Positions 48,376 to 57,931 are shown, numbered from the stretch's first letter. The stretch is 64,000 nt of DNA from Chloroflexota bacterium (GCA_022821905.1 JAJECS010000015.1:4867-68866), one strand, 5' to 3'. The notes: generated by a model from the sequence alone, not told the origin. Made by a program: numbers and translations.

Positions 48376-49467
48376 TCAAGCCCACGGATCGAGCGCGACT
48401 TTGACCACGCCGTCAGAAGCACCGGCTGCGCGGACCAGCTCGATGCCCTCGCCGGCCTGGGCCAGTGGCAGGCGGTGCGTGAGCATGCGCTCCAACGGAT
48501 AGCGACCCGCTTCGGCCAACTGGACGGCGGCGCGGACGGCCTGCGTCTCGTGGCTGTTGACGCCAAGTACGCGGACCTCGCCGGCCACGAGCTTGTCCCA
48601 GGGCAGTTCGACCGGCGCGCCGCCCTTGGACCCGGCCATGACGAAGGTGCCGAGCGGCCGCACGACCGAGGCCGCTTGTCCGGCCGCCCCGGGACTGGCC
48701 GTCACGTCGATGGCGACGTCGGCCATGCGGCCTTCCGTGAGCTCGGCAATGTCGGTCACGGTTGAGTCCGACGCGATGAGTGCGTCAGTGGCGCCAAACT
48801 CCCGGGCGAGATCAAGGCGCGCGCAATCGCGGGCCAGGCCGACCACGATGACCCGGCTCGCTCCGGCGGCGTGCGCCGCGATGGTGCAGGCCAATCCCTG
48901 CGGTCCGGGTCCGAAGACGACGACCGTGTCGCCAATGCCGGCGTTGCCCAATGTGCGAACCCAGCGGATGCCGTTGGCCAGCACGGCGCCGATCACGACG
49001 CCGACCTCCGGCGTGATGCGCTCGGAGACGCGGTGCACGCGGGCGCGCGGCGGCAGGTAGAGAAACTGGCCGTAGGCGCCCCACAGGTGGGGCGGGTCGG
49101 CGGCGGATAGTCGCCCGCCGTAGCCCTGGTCGTCGGCGCACATCTGGTAGGAGCCTCGCCGGCACCACTCGCAGCGGCCGCAACCGAAGCTCGCCTCCAC
49201 GATGACGCGGTCGCCGACGGCTGCCTGCCAGCGTTCGGCGGCGGACGCGCCGATCCGCTCGATGCGCCCCACGATTTCGTGGCCAAGCAGGGCCGGGACA
49301 TTGCGGATCACGGCCGAGTGGCCGTCCCAGTGGTGGATGTCGCTGCCGCAGATGCCGGCCAGCTCGACGCGCAGCAGGCCGTCGTGGTCACCGATGGCGG
49401 GCAGCGGGAAGTCGCGCGGCTCGATGCGGTGGGGCGCGACGAGGACGGCGCCTCGGCTTGCTGTCAC
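48376..49467 (-). CDS. Zinc-dependent alcohol dehydrogenase (MDR) family
   Basis: GICGSDIHHWDGH…GHEIVG…C-x2-C-x2-C-x7-C structural zinc site (CGRCEWCRRGSYQMC); Rossmann GPGPQG. Confidence 0.8.
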   Translation of the reverse strand: MTASRGAVLVAPHRIEPRDFPLPAIGDHDGLLRVELAGICGSDIHHWDGHSAVIRNVPALLGHEIVGRIERIGASAAERWQAAVGDRVIVEASFGCGRCEWCRRGSYQMCADDQGYGGRLSAADPPHLWGAYGQFLYLPPRARVHRVSERITPEVGVVIGAVLANGIRWVRTLGNAGIGDTVVVFGPGPQGLACTIAAHAAGASRVIVVGLARDCARLDLAREFGATDALIASDSTVTDIAELTEGRMADVAIDVTASPGAAGQAASVVRPLGTFVMAGSKGGAPVELPWDKLVAGEVRVLGVNSHETQAVRAAVQLAEAGRYPLERMLTHRLPLAQAGEGIELVRAAGASDGVVKVALDPWA

Positions 49468-49579
49468 GTGGATTCGTCGGAATGGATTCCCGCCCCGTAT
49501 CGAGTACGGGGCAGGCTCTTCGCGGAAATGACGGATCGGGCGGCGGCCGCGGGGAACTCACAGGCGCTGTGCCCAATCG

Positions 49580-49645
49580 TTAGCCCCTTAGATTCCTCGC
49601 CTGTGGCTCGGAATGACAAATGGGGGTGGCTCGGTATGACGGATG
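49580..49645. repeat. REP/MITE-like element, copy 2
   Basis: On the - strand: CCGTCATACCGAGCCAC…TTTGTCATTCCGAGCCACAGGCGAGGAATCTAAGG; lies in the 5' region of the ADH gene. Confidence 0.55.
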
Positions 49646-49669
49646 GGGTGGACTCGCCAGGGGAGGCGA

Positions 49670-50710
49670 TCATGCCCGACTTGCCAGGCAGCCGATGATG
49701 GTGTCCACGTGGGCCGCGAACTCGGCCGTCAGCTCGATGGATTCGCCGAGCGTGGCCTCTGGGTCCCAGGACCATGAGCCGTTCGGCTGCTGCGTCTCGA
49801 CGAACCAGTCGGCCACTCGCACCGTCCAGTCGCGGTAGATGGCATCTCCGGTGACCTGATAGAGCAGCGCCGAGCCCCAACCGCTCTTGCAGACCTGCGC
49901 GTAGTCGAATTGCCGCGGCGTGCATTGCATCGAGAAGGCCATGTAGTCCCGCGCGAGCGCCAGATAGCCCGGCTGCGGGTAGACCATGTGCAGCCGGCAG
50001 AGGAACGCCGCGGCAATGCCGCCCACCGTCCAGCGCTGTTTGCGGGCGGCCTGGGCCTCGACTGTGAACCAGGATTCCTCGCCGGCCTCTGGGGTGACGA
50101 GCGCCTGCCGCTCGCGCGACCAGGCGTAGTGCAGCCGCTCGGGCAACTCGCGCTGCGCCCGCCAGATTCTCTCCAGGAAGGCATGCACCGCCCGCGCTTC
50201 GTCCATGCGACCAAGCGCAATGCAGGCCAGGCCGCAGCCACAGGCGTAGGGAACGTCCATCACGTCGCTCGGCGTGCCGTCGGCATTCAGGTCGTTGGTG
50301 AACCCGCCAGATTGCCGGTCCTGCATGGTGAGGACGAAGTCGAGGCCGCGGCTGCTGAGGTCGAACTGCCGCGCCATGTGCGCACCGTAGACGAGCGTGG
50401 CGTTGCGATAGGCGTAGGCGTCGGTCAGCACCCGACGCCCGCGGTCGAAATCCCCCTCGGGTGTGAACATGTGGCGGCGAATCCAACCGCACAGCGCCGT
50501 GGCCGCCGCGGTCTCGCCGGCGACGGTGAACGTCCACGGCACGCGATAGAACCGGAAGCCATGCGACGGGTCGCCGATCGAGCCGTCGGGATGCGTGTGC
50601 CGCAGCAGCCAATCGACACCGCGTCGCTTGGCGGCGGCGTACGACTCCAAGCGTAGGCGCATATTGATCGGCAGCTTCTTCACCTGGTCTGTGGCACGGA
50701 GTCCGCTCAC
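49670..50710 (-). CDS. Hypothetical alpha/alpha-toroid protein (prenyltransferase / squalene-oxidase-repeat-like)
   Basis: QW-like repeats (ETQQPNGSWSW, DRQSGGFTN, HTHPDGSIGD); low-confidence family call. Confidence 0.45.
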   Translation of the reverse strand: MSGLRATDQVKKLPINMRLRLESYAAAKRRGVDWLLRHTHPDGSIGDPSHGFRFYRVPWTFTVAGETAAATALCGWIRRHMFTPEGDFDRGRRVLTDAYAYRNATLVYGAHMARQFDLSSRGLDFVLTMQDRQSGGFTNDLNADGTPSDVMDVPYACGCGLACIALGRMDEARAVHAFLERIWRAQRELPERLHYAWSRERQALVTPEAGEESWFTVEAQAARKQRWTVGGIAAAFLCRLHMVYPQPGYLALARDYMAFSMQCTPRQFDYAQVCKSGWGSALLYQVTGDAIYRDWTVRVADWFVETQQPNGSWSWDPEATLGESIELTAEFAAHVDTIIGCLASRA

Positions 50711-50723
50711 GATCCCAAATCGC

Positions 50724-50778
50724 CAGAATTCTCCGTTCGTGGTGAGCTTGTCGAACCACGTCCCATGAGAATTGACCG
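50724..50778. repeat. Intergenic element, copy 2; contains the same exact 26-nt core as copy 1 at 32640..32678
   Basis: CAGAATTCTC-CGTTCGTGGTGAGCTTGTCGAACCACG-…-GAGAATTGAC outer inverted repeat; the core lies 23 nt upstream of the - strand gene start at 50710 and the element spans the divergent region up to ~155 nt upstream of the LLM gene at 50933. Confidence 0.5.
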
Positions 50779-50932
50779 GAGGCGCCCTTCGACAGGCTCA
50801 GGGCGAACGGGGCAATTGCCGGCCAGCTTAGCCCCAGGCTCGGCGCGTCGACAGCGGCCGGCCGGTCGCGCTACGGTCCCAAGGTCGACAGGCTCGAAAC
50901 GAGAGCCGCTCACGGATGTGCAAGGGAGCCGA

Positions 50933-52114
50933 ATGACGCTGGCCATCGACGCCTTCTACGGCGGCCATGTCGAGATGCCGAATCCGGGATTTCGGGGGCC
51001 GCCGGCGCACACGCGGCGGATGAGCGACGCGCACCTGGCCACGGTTTACGACGAGGCCCAGCGCTTCGCCGAGCTGATGGAGCGCACCGGCTACGACACG
51101 CTCTGGCTGGCCGAGCACCACTTTCAGCGCGAGGGCTACGGGTGCATCGGCAACGTGCCGCTGCTGAGTCTGCACCTGGCGCACCTCACCGAGCGGCTCA
51201 AGTTCGGCGCGTTCTTCAACACGGTCACCGCCTGGCACCCGCTGCGGTTGGCCGAGGACTACGCCATGGTGGACGTGCTGACCGGCGGGCGGCTGCGCTT
51301 CGGCATCGGACGCGGCTACGTGGCCCGCGAGGTGGAGACCCTGGGCGGACCGCTGCTCGACGACGCGGCCAACCGCGACCTGTTCGAGGAGCAAGTGGAA
51401 ATCATGCTGAAGGCGTGGCATCAGCCGGAGTTCGCCCACGCGGGCGCAGCCTATCGGGTGCCCGCCGAGGTGCCGCACATGTTCGACGACCTTGTTGACA
51501 TAACGCTCGTACCGCGGCCCGCGCACTTGCCGGTTGAGATCTGGCAACCCATCACCAGCACGAAGCGGCGCGGCCTGGATTTCATGGCGCGGCATGGCAT
51601 CAAGGGCGTGATCGCGGGCGGCACGGCGCCGGGCGGTCGAGCCGAGCAAGCCGCGGCGGTCTATCGCGATGCGCTAGCGCGGGCCGGCCGAGAGACGGAG
51701 CTTGGCGAGGACCTGGCGGTCGGATTCCAGATACACATTGCCGACAGCCGCGAATGCGCGCTGCGCGAAGCGACCCCGTGGTGCGAGGAGCACCTCAAGG
51801 GGCTGGCACCGCTGGGCCGTTATCCGCAGCTCAGCGAGTCCCAGATTCGGGCCACGGCCGAGGGAGAGGCGGCCTATGACGCGGGACTGCCTACCATTCA
51901 CGACCTGGACGCCGAGGGAACCTGGGTGTGCGGGACGTCCGGCCACGTGCGCGACCATCTGAGCGGCTTGCGCGAGCGCCTGCCCGGCCTGAGCCGAGTG
52001 TTCATCCAAACCGGGTCCCTGGGCGTGCCGCCGTCGGCCATGCGCGCCGACATCGAGTGGTTCGCGCAGGACGTGATGCCCGAATTCGCGGACGCGCCGA
52101 CAACCGCCGGGTAG
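50933..52114 (+). CDS. LLM-class (luciferase-like) flavin-dependent oxidoreductase
   Basis: …DTLWLAEHHF…GRLRFGIGRGY… LLM pattern; AGGGAG SD upstream of ATG 50933. Confidence 0.75.
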   Translation: MTLAIDAFYGGHVEMPNPGFRGPPAHTRRMSDAHLATVYDEAQRFAELMERTGYDTLWLAEHHFQREGYGCIGNVPLLSLHLAHLTERLKFGAFFNTVTAWHPLRLAEDYAMVDVLTGGRLRFGIGRGYVAREVETLGGPLLDDAANRDLFEEQVEIMLKAWHQPEFAHAGAAYRVPAEVPHMFDDLVDITLVPRPAHLPVEIWQPITSTKRRGLDFMARHGIKGVIAGGTAPGGRAEQAAAVYRDALARAGRETELGEDLAVGFQIHIADSRECALREATPWCEEHLKGLAPLGRYPQLSESQIRATAEGEAAYDAGLPTIHDLDAEGTWVCGTSGHVRDHLSGLRERLPGLSRVFIQTGSLGVPPSAMRADIEWFAQDVMPEFADAPTTAG

Positions 52115-52142
52115 CCCCACCCGCTCCCCGGTCAGACGGCGC

Positions 52143-53246
52143 TCAGGAGACTCGCAGGCGGTACCAGCGGATGTTGTAGACCTCGCCCTCTTCGCACCAG
52201 AACGCCACATACACGTCGCCGTCGGGAAGCAGCGCCAGGCTCGGGAATCCGAACGGCAGGTCGACCAGCTCCTGCCCGCTGCTCTCCGTGGCGCCGGTCA
52301 TGCTGGACGATGCGCCTTCCCAGAGCGGCGCCTCGGCCAGATTGACCCAGTCGTCGCCGTCAAGGCGCGACAGGTTGGCCCAGAGGCCGGGCCGCCGGTC
52401 GTGACGGTAGACGAACAGGATGCGGTCGTCGGGGAGCACGAGCAGCTTGCCGGTCTGGCCGTGGATGCCGGTGGACCGCGGCTCGGAGAACGTATGACCA
52501 TCGGTTGAGATCGCATACGGATTGGGCTCCGTGAGCCCGGTGGCGGAGTCGAACGCCCAGGCGGTAGCCAGCAGCCGTCCGTCGCTCAGCTGCCGCAGCG
52601 AGACCTCCCACGAGAAGACGCCGCGGTAGGTCTCGTCGATCAGCACCAGGTGCTCGGGCCAGGTCCGGCCGCGGTCGTGGGACACGAATGCCAGCGCCAT
52701 GGCCCCGATCGGCTCCTCGCCGTCCCAGCCGCGCCAGGGGGCCATGGGCGCCAGCCAGCGCCCGTCGGCCAGCTCCACGATGTGGTGACAGACCTCCCAC
52801 GCCGGACTCCACACCGGGGCATCGAGGACCTCCGGCTTGCTCCAGGTGTGGCCGCGGTCGGAGCTGTGCGCGGTGACGATGTCCATCGGCGCATGACCGA
52901 GGTTCTCGCGATTGACGACCTGCCCGCCGTGGACGTCGCGGTAGGTGCGTCCACCGATGCCGACCAGGGTGCCGTCGCGCAGCGGGCTCACGCGGATGCC
53001 GCCGGTCGTCGGTCGGGTCGTGGAGGTTTCAACCAGCAGCTCGGGCGCCGACCAGGTCACGCCGCCGTCGGACGAGCGGGCCTTGTAGGTCTGATAGTCG
53101 AGTGCTTCCACGCCCGAGGCGAGATCGAAGCTGGCGAACAGCTCGCCGTCGTCGAGCACGACGATCGAGGGATGCCAGGCGTGGACGGCGCGACGCTCCG
53201 GTTCCGGATTTCGATAGACCAGGCCGGTGCCCAGCACGTCAATCAC
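52143..53246 (-). CDS. BNR/Asp-box sialidase-fold beta-propeller protein, subfamily A paralog 2
   Basis: SSDGGVTWS, SSDRGHTWS, SHDRGRTW; GTG start at 53246 aligned with the paralog-1 start (VIDVLGTGLVYRNP vs VIEVIESGLVYRSP). Confidence 0.75.
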   Translation of the reverse strand: MIDVLGTGLVYRNPEPERRAVHAWHPSIVVLDDGELFASFDLASGVEALDYQTYKARSSDGGVTWSAPELLVETSTTRPTTGGIRVSPLRDGTLVGIGGRTYRDVHGGQVVNRENLGHAPMDIVTAHSSDRGHTWSKPEVLDAPVWSPAWEVCHHIVELADGRWLAPMAPWRGWDGEEPIGAMALAFVSHDRGRTWPEHLVLIDETYRGVFSWEVSLRQLSDGRLLATAWAFDSATGLTEPNPYAISTDGHTFSEPRSTGIHGQTGKLLVLPDDRILFVYRHDRRPGLWANLSRLDGDDWVNLAEAPLWEGASSSMTGATESSGQELVDLPFGFPSLALLPDGDVYVAFWCEEGEVYNIRWYRLRVS

Positions 53247-53340
53247 GGGCAAGCTCCGGCTGCCATAATCCGGGCTGATTCGCGGTCGGATCGCCCGACG
53301 CGTGATTCGAGACCGCCCGACGGTGCTGAGGGAGCATGCG

Positions 53341-54684
53341 ATGCCTCCGGTCGAAGCCCTGGTGGATGCCCGCCGCAGCATAGAAGCCCGCTATCGCGCG
53401 CGCACGCCCGAATCGCGGGCGTTGCACGAGCGAGCGCTGCAGTCGCTGCCCGGCGGCGAGTCGCGCACCGCCACCTGGTTTGCGCCCTACCCGACCTATA
53501 TCGCCTCGGGCCTCGGTTCGACACTGACGGACGTTGACGGCAATCGGCTGGTGGACTTCACCTACAACTCCACTTCGGTCATCCATGGTCACGCCCATCC
53601 CGACATCGTGGCGGCCGTGCAGCGCCGCGTGGCCGAGGGCACCGCGTGGAACGCTCCGAATGCGGGCCAGGTCGAGCTGGCAGAACTCCTCTGCGCACGG
53701 GTGCCGTCGCTCGATCAGGTGCGCTTCAGCGCATCCGGCACTGAGGCGAACATGCATGCGATCAAGGCCGCGCGGGCATTCACCGATCGCGACCTGATCA
53801 TCAAGATGGACCTGGCCTATCACGGCACCTATGAGGGCGTGGAGATCCACCAGGGGGCGGATGGTTGGGGCGGTCCGGGATCGCCGGTGTCGCGGGGCGT
53901 GCCCAGCAACGCCGTCGACAACGTGCTAATCGCGCCATTCGACGACGCGGAGATCGTGGAGTGGCTGCTCGAAACCCACCCCGGGCAAGTTGCCGCCATC
54001 GTGGTCAACCCGGCCCAGACCCAGGGCGGACTGCGCGCGCCGTCGCCGGGCTATCTGAAGGCCCTGCGAGACGCCGCGGACGCACACGGCACGCTGCTGG
54101 TGTTCGACGAAGTCATCACCCTGCGCCTGGCGCGCGGCGGCGGCCAGGAATTGTTCGGCGTCCTGCCGGACCTGACGGCGATGGGCAAAATCATTGGCGG
54201 AGGACTGCCCGTTGGCGGCTTCGGCGGTCGGGCGGATGTGATGGACATCTTCGCCGACCGGCAGCCGCCGGTGCTGCCGCACGCGGGTACCTTCAACGGC
54301 AACCCGGCCACCATGGCCGCGGGCCTCGCGGCCATGCAGCTGCTCGATGCGCCGGCGTTCGAGCTTCTGGCAGAGCGTGGCGAGGCGCTTGGCAGGGGTT
54401 TGGTCGACGCATCGCACCGGGCCGGTGTCGCGCTGGATGTGACGCAAATCGAATCGGTGATCGGCGTCGACGTTCCGCTGGCCGGCGCGTCCGCGGGGGA
54501 GATCATTGATCTGATCGTCCTCGAGCTGCTGAACCGTGGCTTCAAGGCGGCATCCATGATGACGGTGTCTACGGCCACGACCAACGATGAGATTCAGGCG
54601 CTGGCCGAAGCGCTGGTGGAGGTGCTACGGCAGCTGCGCCCCGCCATTGCCGAGTCCGCGCCCGCGGCAGCGCCGACCACGTAG
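53341..54684 (+). CDS. Class III (omega-type) aminotransferase, GSA-aminomutase-like
   Basis: …FDEVITLRLARGG…MGKIIGGGLPVGGFGGRADVM… typical class III AT; GAGGGAG SD. Confidence 0.8.
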   Translation: MPPVEALVDARRSIEARYRARTPESRALHERALQSLPGGESRTATWFAPYPTYIASGLGSTLTDVDGNRLVDFTYNSTSVIHGHAHPDIVAAVQRRVAEGTAWNAPNAGQVELAELLCARVPSLDQVRFSASGTEANMHAIKAARAFTDRDLIIKMDLAYHGTYEGVEIHQGADGWGGPGSPVSRGVPSNAVDNVLIAPFDDAEIVEWLLETHPGQVAAIVVNPAQTQGGLRAPSPGYLKALRDAADAHGTLLVFDEVITLRLARGGGQELFGVLPDLTAMGKIIGGGLPVGGFGGRADVMDIFADRQPPVLPHAGTFNGNPATMAAGLAAMQLLDAPAFELLAERGEALGRGLVDASHRAGVALDVTQIESVIGVDVPLAGASAGEIIDLIVLELLNRGFKAASMMTVSTATTNDEIQALAEALVEVLRQLRPAIAESAPAAAPTT

Positions 54685-54828
54685 GCGCCGGACGGCGCCC
54701 GGGCGGTAGCGTTGATCACTTGACCGACGTGACGGCGGCCGTCACGATAGGTGGCTAGTCGAGCCGGTCAGCGGCGCGCCGCCGCCGGGCTCGCCAAGCG
54801 TCGTTAGCAGGAATAGGAGCCGCGCGCC

Positions 54829-56088
54829 GTGGCTGCCATCGCAACCAACGTTCGTCGTATACCCGGCCCGATTCAGGCCCTTATCGCGTCCCTCATTTTC
54901 GTTGCCCTGGGTCTGTTGATTCTTCGTGTCACGCTCAACCCGACCGAGGAAGCGATGCGGGCCAGCGCCGAGGCGGCGCGGCCTCAGCGTGAGGCGGTCC
55001 AGGTTCGCACCCGGGCGCCGACGGATGCTTCGACGACCACGGAGACGACGTCGGCGGGGACTGCGGAAAGCGATCTGCCGGGCGTTGGCGACACCCTGGT
55101 ATCGACGGACGAGTTGTCGGTCACGCTGCTCGGGGTTGAAGATCTGTCGGAGTTGCCGCAGCTCGTGGGCGACCCGGTCGATCCCCGTAAGAGCTACTTC
55201 CGGATCGTCACGATCGAATTCGAGAACCAGGGCTCCGACCCAACCACCGTGCAGAACACCAACATTTGGCTGGTGAAGGATGACGGCTCCCGCGTCGTCG
55301 TCGATGCGAACTCGCTTGACGCACTCATCAGCGCACCCCCGCTCGCCTTCGAGAGCCGGCCGCTGTTCCTGGCGGAATCGGTGCCGGTTGACAAGTCGAT
55401 CGTGGTGTCGGTGACGTTCGATGTGAGGGAAGAGGAAACCATCACCAAGCTCGACGTCGAGGGTCTTGAATTCGCGATGCCCGCGGTCAATCTCGATGCT
55501 GGCGCGGAGGCGGTAGCGGAGGCCGAGGCCACGGCTGCAGCGACGGCCGAAGCCACGCCGGAGGCCGATACTCGCGACACCCGTGCTGGAAGTTCGCTGG
55601 ACACCGCCGTGAATCGGGGGCGAGCGCGCATTGAGGCCGTCGAGCAAGTCGCCGAGTCTCGCACCGGTCTGCCGACGGTTGGCGATGCGCTGCTTGGAGC
55701 TGACGGGCTCGAGGTCGTCCTGGAATCGGTGCAGCGGTTCGAGCAGCTGACGCAGGTGCACGGCACACCGTTCAGGCCCAAGAACGGCCTGTTCCAGCTC
55801 GTGACGATCACCTTCAACAACACCAACGAGAGCGGAAACATCGTCGTCTCCAAGGCGAACATCTACTTGCTCGAACCGGACGGCAACGAAATCGCCGTGG
55901 ACTCGCCCGGCGTCAATGCGCTGATCGGCATGGCCACGACGGCAACGGAAGGTCGACCGCTGTTCCTGGTCGAGAGCGTGCCGAATGGAAAATCGGCGAC
56001 GGTGGCCGTGGTGTTCGATGTCGATCCGGGTCTGGTTGACCTGCTAATCGATATCGAAGGCTTCCAATTCGAGATCCCGAACCCCTAG
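54829..56088 (+). CDS. Membrane-anchored protein with two tandem DUF4352-like beta-sandwich domains
   Basis: N-terminal TM; two internally repeated ~150-aa domains (…YFRIVTIEFENQGSDP…ESVPVDKSIVVSVTFDV / …LFQLVTITFNNTNESG…ESVPNGKSATVAVVFDV). Confidence 0.55.
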   Translation: MAAIATNVRRIPGPIQALIASLIFVALGLLILRVTLNPTEEAMRASAEAARPQREAVQVRTRAPTDASTTTETTSAGTAESDLPGVGDTLVSTDELSVTLLGVEDLSELPQLVGDPVDPRKSYFRIVTIEFENQGSDPTTVQNTNIWLVKDDGSRVVVDANSLDALISAPPLAFESRPLFLAESVPVDKSIVVSVTFDVREEETITKLDVEGLEFAMPAVNLDAGAEAVAEAEATAAATAEATPEADTRDTRAGSSLDTAVNRGRARIEAVEQVAESRTGLPTVGDALLGADGLEVVLESVQRFEQLTQVHGTPFRPKNGLFQLVTITFNNTNESGNIVVSKANIYLLEPDGNEIAVDSPGVNALIGMATTATEGRPLFLVESVPNGKSATVAVVFDVDPGLVDLLIDIEGFQFEIPNP

Positions 56089-56121
56089 GCTTCGCCGCGT
56101 AGTCAACGGCATATCCAGGGA

Positions 56122-56691
56122 ATGGCCAAGCCGTCGGGCGGGCCCGGATTTCCGCGCACCATCCGCACGCGGCGTCTCACGCTCCGTCCGTTTAGGCTGT
56201 CGGATGTGGACGCCGTTCTGGGATATGAGTCGGACGGGGCCTACGCCGAGTTTCTAGGCCTTCCGCCGACATACCGCCGATCGGACGCCGAGCGCAGCGT
56301 CGCGTCTCGGCTCCTGTGCGACTGGACGCGCTCGGCGATGTGGGCCGTAGACCTATGTGACGACGCCATCGGGCACGTCGGCATGACGCTGTACGCGGGT
56401 CACGGGCGCATCGATCTCTACTACGGCCTCGCGCCGGCGCATTGGGGCAAGGGCTTCATGACGGAGGCCGTCCGTGCCGCCATCGACGCCGCCTTCACGT
56501 CGCACCCGGATGTGAACCGCATTCAGGCCGACGCCAACCCCGAAAACTCGGCGTCGCTGCGGGTTATGGAAAAGGCCGGGATGACCCCCGAGGGCGTGCT
56601 TCGCCAGTATGTGGTCATAGGCCACACGGCGACCGACCAGGTCATGTGCAGCATCCTGCGCCGCGAGTGGGAGGTCGCTCGCAAGACTTAG
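56122..56691 (+). CDS. GNAT family N-acetyltransferase (RimJ/RimL-like)
   Basis: …IRTRRLTLRPFRLSDVDAV… and the acetyl-CoA motif region …WGKGFMTEAVRAAIDAAF. Confidence 0.75.
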   Translation: MAKPSGGPGFPRTIRTRRLTLRPFRLSDVDAVLGYESDGAYAEFLGLPPTYRRSDAERSVASRLLCDWTRSAMWAVDLCDDAIGHVGMTLYAGHGRIDLYYGLAPAHWGKGFMTEAVRAAIDAAFTSHPDVNRIQADANPENSASLRVMEKAGMTPEGVLRQYVVIGHTATDQVMCSILRREWEVARKT

Positions 56692-56743
56692 CCCATCTGA
56701 ATGCTCGCGTCAGACCGATCAGGCCCGAGCGTGCGTGCGATGC

Positions 56744-57157
56744 CTATGGCTGCGAGACCCGACCGCCGATCTGCTCCAGCACGCGCAGGGTGTCGGCCAC
56801 CGCCCAGGTCTCCACGATGCGTCCATCCACGACGCGCCGGATGGCGATCACCTCCCCGCTCACCGTCTCCCCCGTGGCCTGCATGCCCAGGTAAGTCCCG
56901 AGATGCGTTCCGCGCCACGTGGCGTGCGTGATCACGAACTCGCCGTCCTCGAGTTGTCGCTCGATGGTCCAGCGCAGGTCTGGGAACGCCTCCAAGCGGT
57001 CGCGATGCACATCCTTGATCGCGGCGGGCGTCACGCTCTCGCCCGCGCGGTGCACGAGGCCCAACGGGTCGTGCAACTCGTCGAACACGTCCCAGTTCCG
57101 ACCGTTGAACGCCTCATCGGCCAGACGTTGCACGACGGCCGCGTTGCGGCCGGTCAC
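56744..57157 (-). CDS. SnoaL-like / NTF2-like (ester-cyclase-type) protein
   Basis: 137 aa; NTF2-like fold pattern (…VVQRLADEAFNGRNWDVFDEL…). Confidence 0.6.
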   Translation of the reverse strand: MTGRNAAVVQRLADEAFNGRNWDVFDELHDPLGLVHRAGESVTPAAIKDVHRDRLEAFPDLRWTIERQLEDGEFVITHATWRGTHLGTYLGMQATGETVSGEVIAIRRVVDGRIVETWAVADTLRVLEQIGGRVSQP

Positions 57158-57160
57158 CGG

Positions 57161-57931
57161 CTACTCGTCCTCGGGCATGAAACCAGCGTTGATGAAGCCG
57201 CCGTCGATCGTGATGGCCGTGCCGCTGATGTAGGTCGATCCGTCGCCGCAGAGGAATACGGCAAGGTCCGCGATCTCCTCCGGCACGGCTTCGCGCTTCT
57301 TGGGGAAGCGTCGAATGCGCTGGTCGCGCAACTCCGGTCGGCGCCGGTAGATCTCCTGCACCATCGGCGTTTGGGTGACGCCGGGGCAGATCGCGTTGAC
57401 GTTGATGTCGTAGGGCGCCCACTCGATGGAGAGCATCTGGGCCAACGCAATCAACCCGGCCTTGGCGGGACTGTAGGCGCCGCGATCCGGCACGGGCACC
57501 ATGGCGCCCACCGACGAGATCAGCACCACGCGTCCGCCCTCACCCTGCCGAACAAGCTGGCGTCCGATGGCCTGACAGAGCAGAAAGCCGCCGGTGAGAT
57601 GGGTGTCGAGGACCGAGCGCCAGTCCGCCTCGGGCAGCTCGAGCAGCGGGGCAATGGCGGTGTTGCCGGCGCCGTGGACCAGGAAATCGCAGCGGCCAAA
57701 GTGGTCGACGGTCTCATCGACGGCCTGCTGCACCGAGGCGCTGGAGGCGGAATCGAGCGCCACGGGCAGGGCCCGCCCGCCACTCTCGACAATCTCGTCC
57801 GCGAGCGCCTCGCTCCGAGCGCGGTCAATGTCGGCAATCGCAACCGCCGCGCCGTCTTGCACGAAACGCCGGCAGATCGCGGCTCCCAGACCGCCCGCGC
57901 CGCCGCTCACGAATGCCACCTTGCCCGTCAT
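57161..57931 (-). CDS. SDR family oxidoreductase
   Basis: TGKVAFVSGGAGGLGAA (TGxxxGxG), NAICPG, catalytic YSPAK (YxxxK); start at internal ATG 57931. Confidence 0.8.
   Translation of the reverse strand: MTGKVAFVSGGAGGLGAAICRRFVQDGAAVAIADIDRARSEALADEIVESGGRALPVALDSASSASVQQAVDETVDHFGRCDFLVHGAGNTAIAPLLELPEADWRSVLDTHLTGGFLLCQAIGRQLVRQGEGGRVVLISSVGAMVPVPDRGAYSPAKAGLIALAQMLSIEWAPYDINVNAICPGVTQTPMVQEIYRRRPELRDQRIRRFPKKREAVPEEIADLAVFLCGDGSTYISGTAITIDGGFINAGFMPEDE

Noticed and set aside
48198-48404. 68-aa + strand ORF in the helicase/ADH intergenic region
   Set aside because: Its sequence (…SLRMTKESPGMTGKSFGMTEVS…) is simply the translation of the GGAATGACA-type direct repeats of the REP-like element; it is not a gene.
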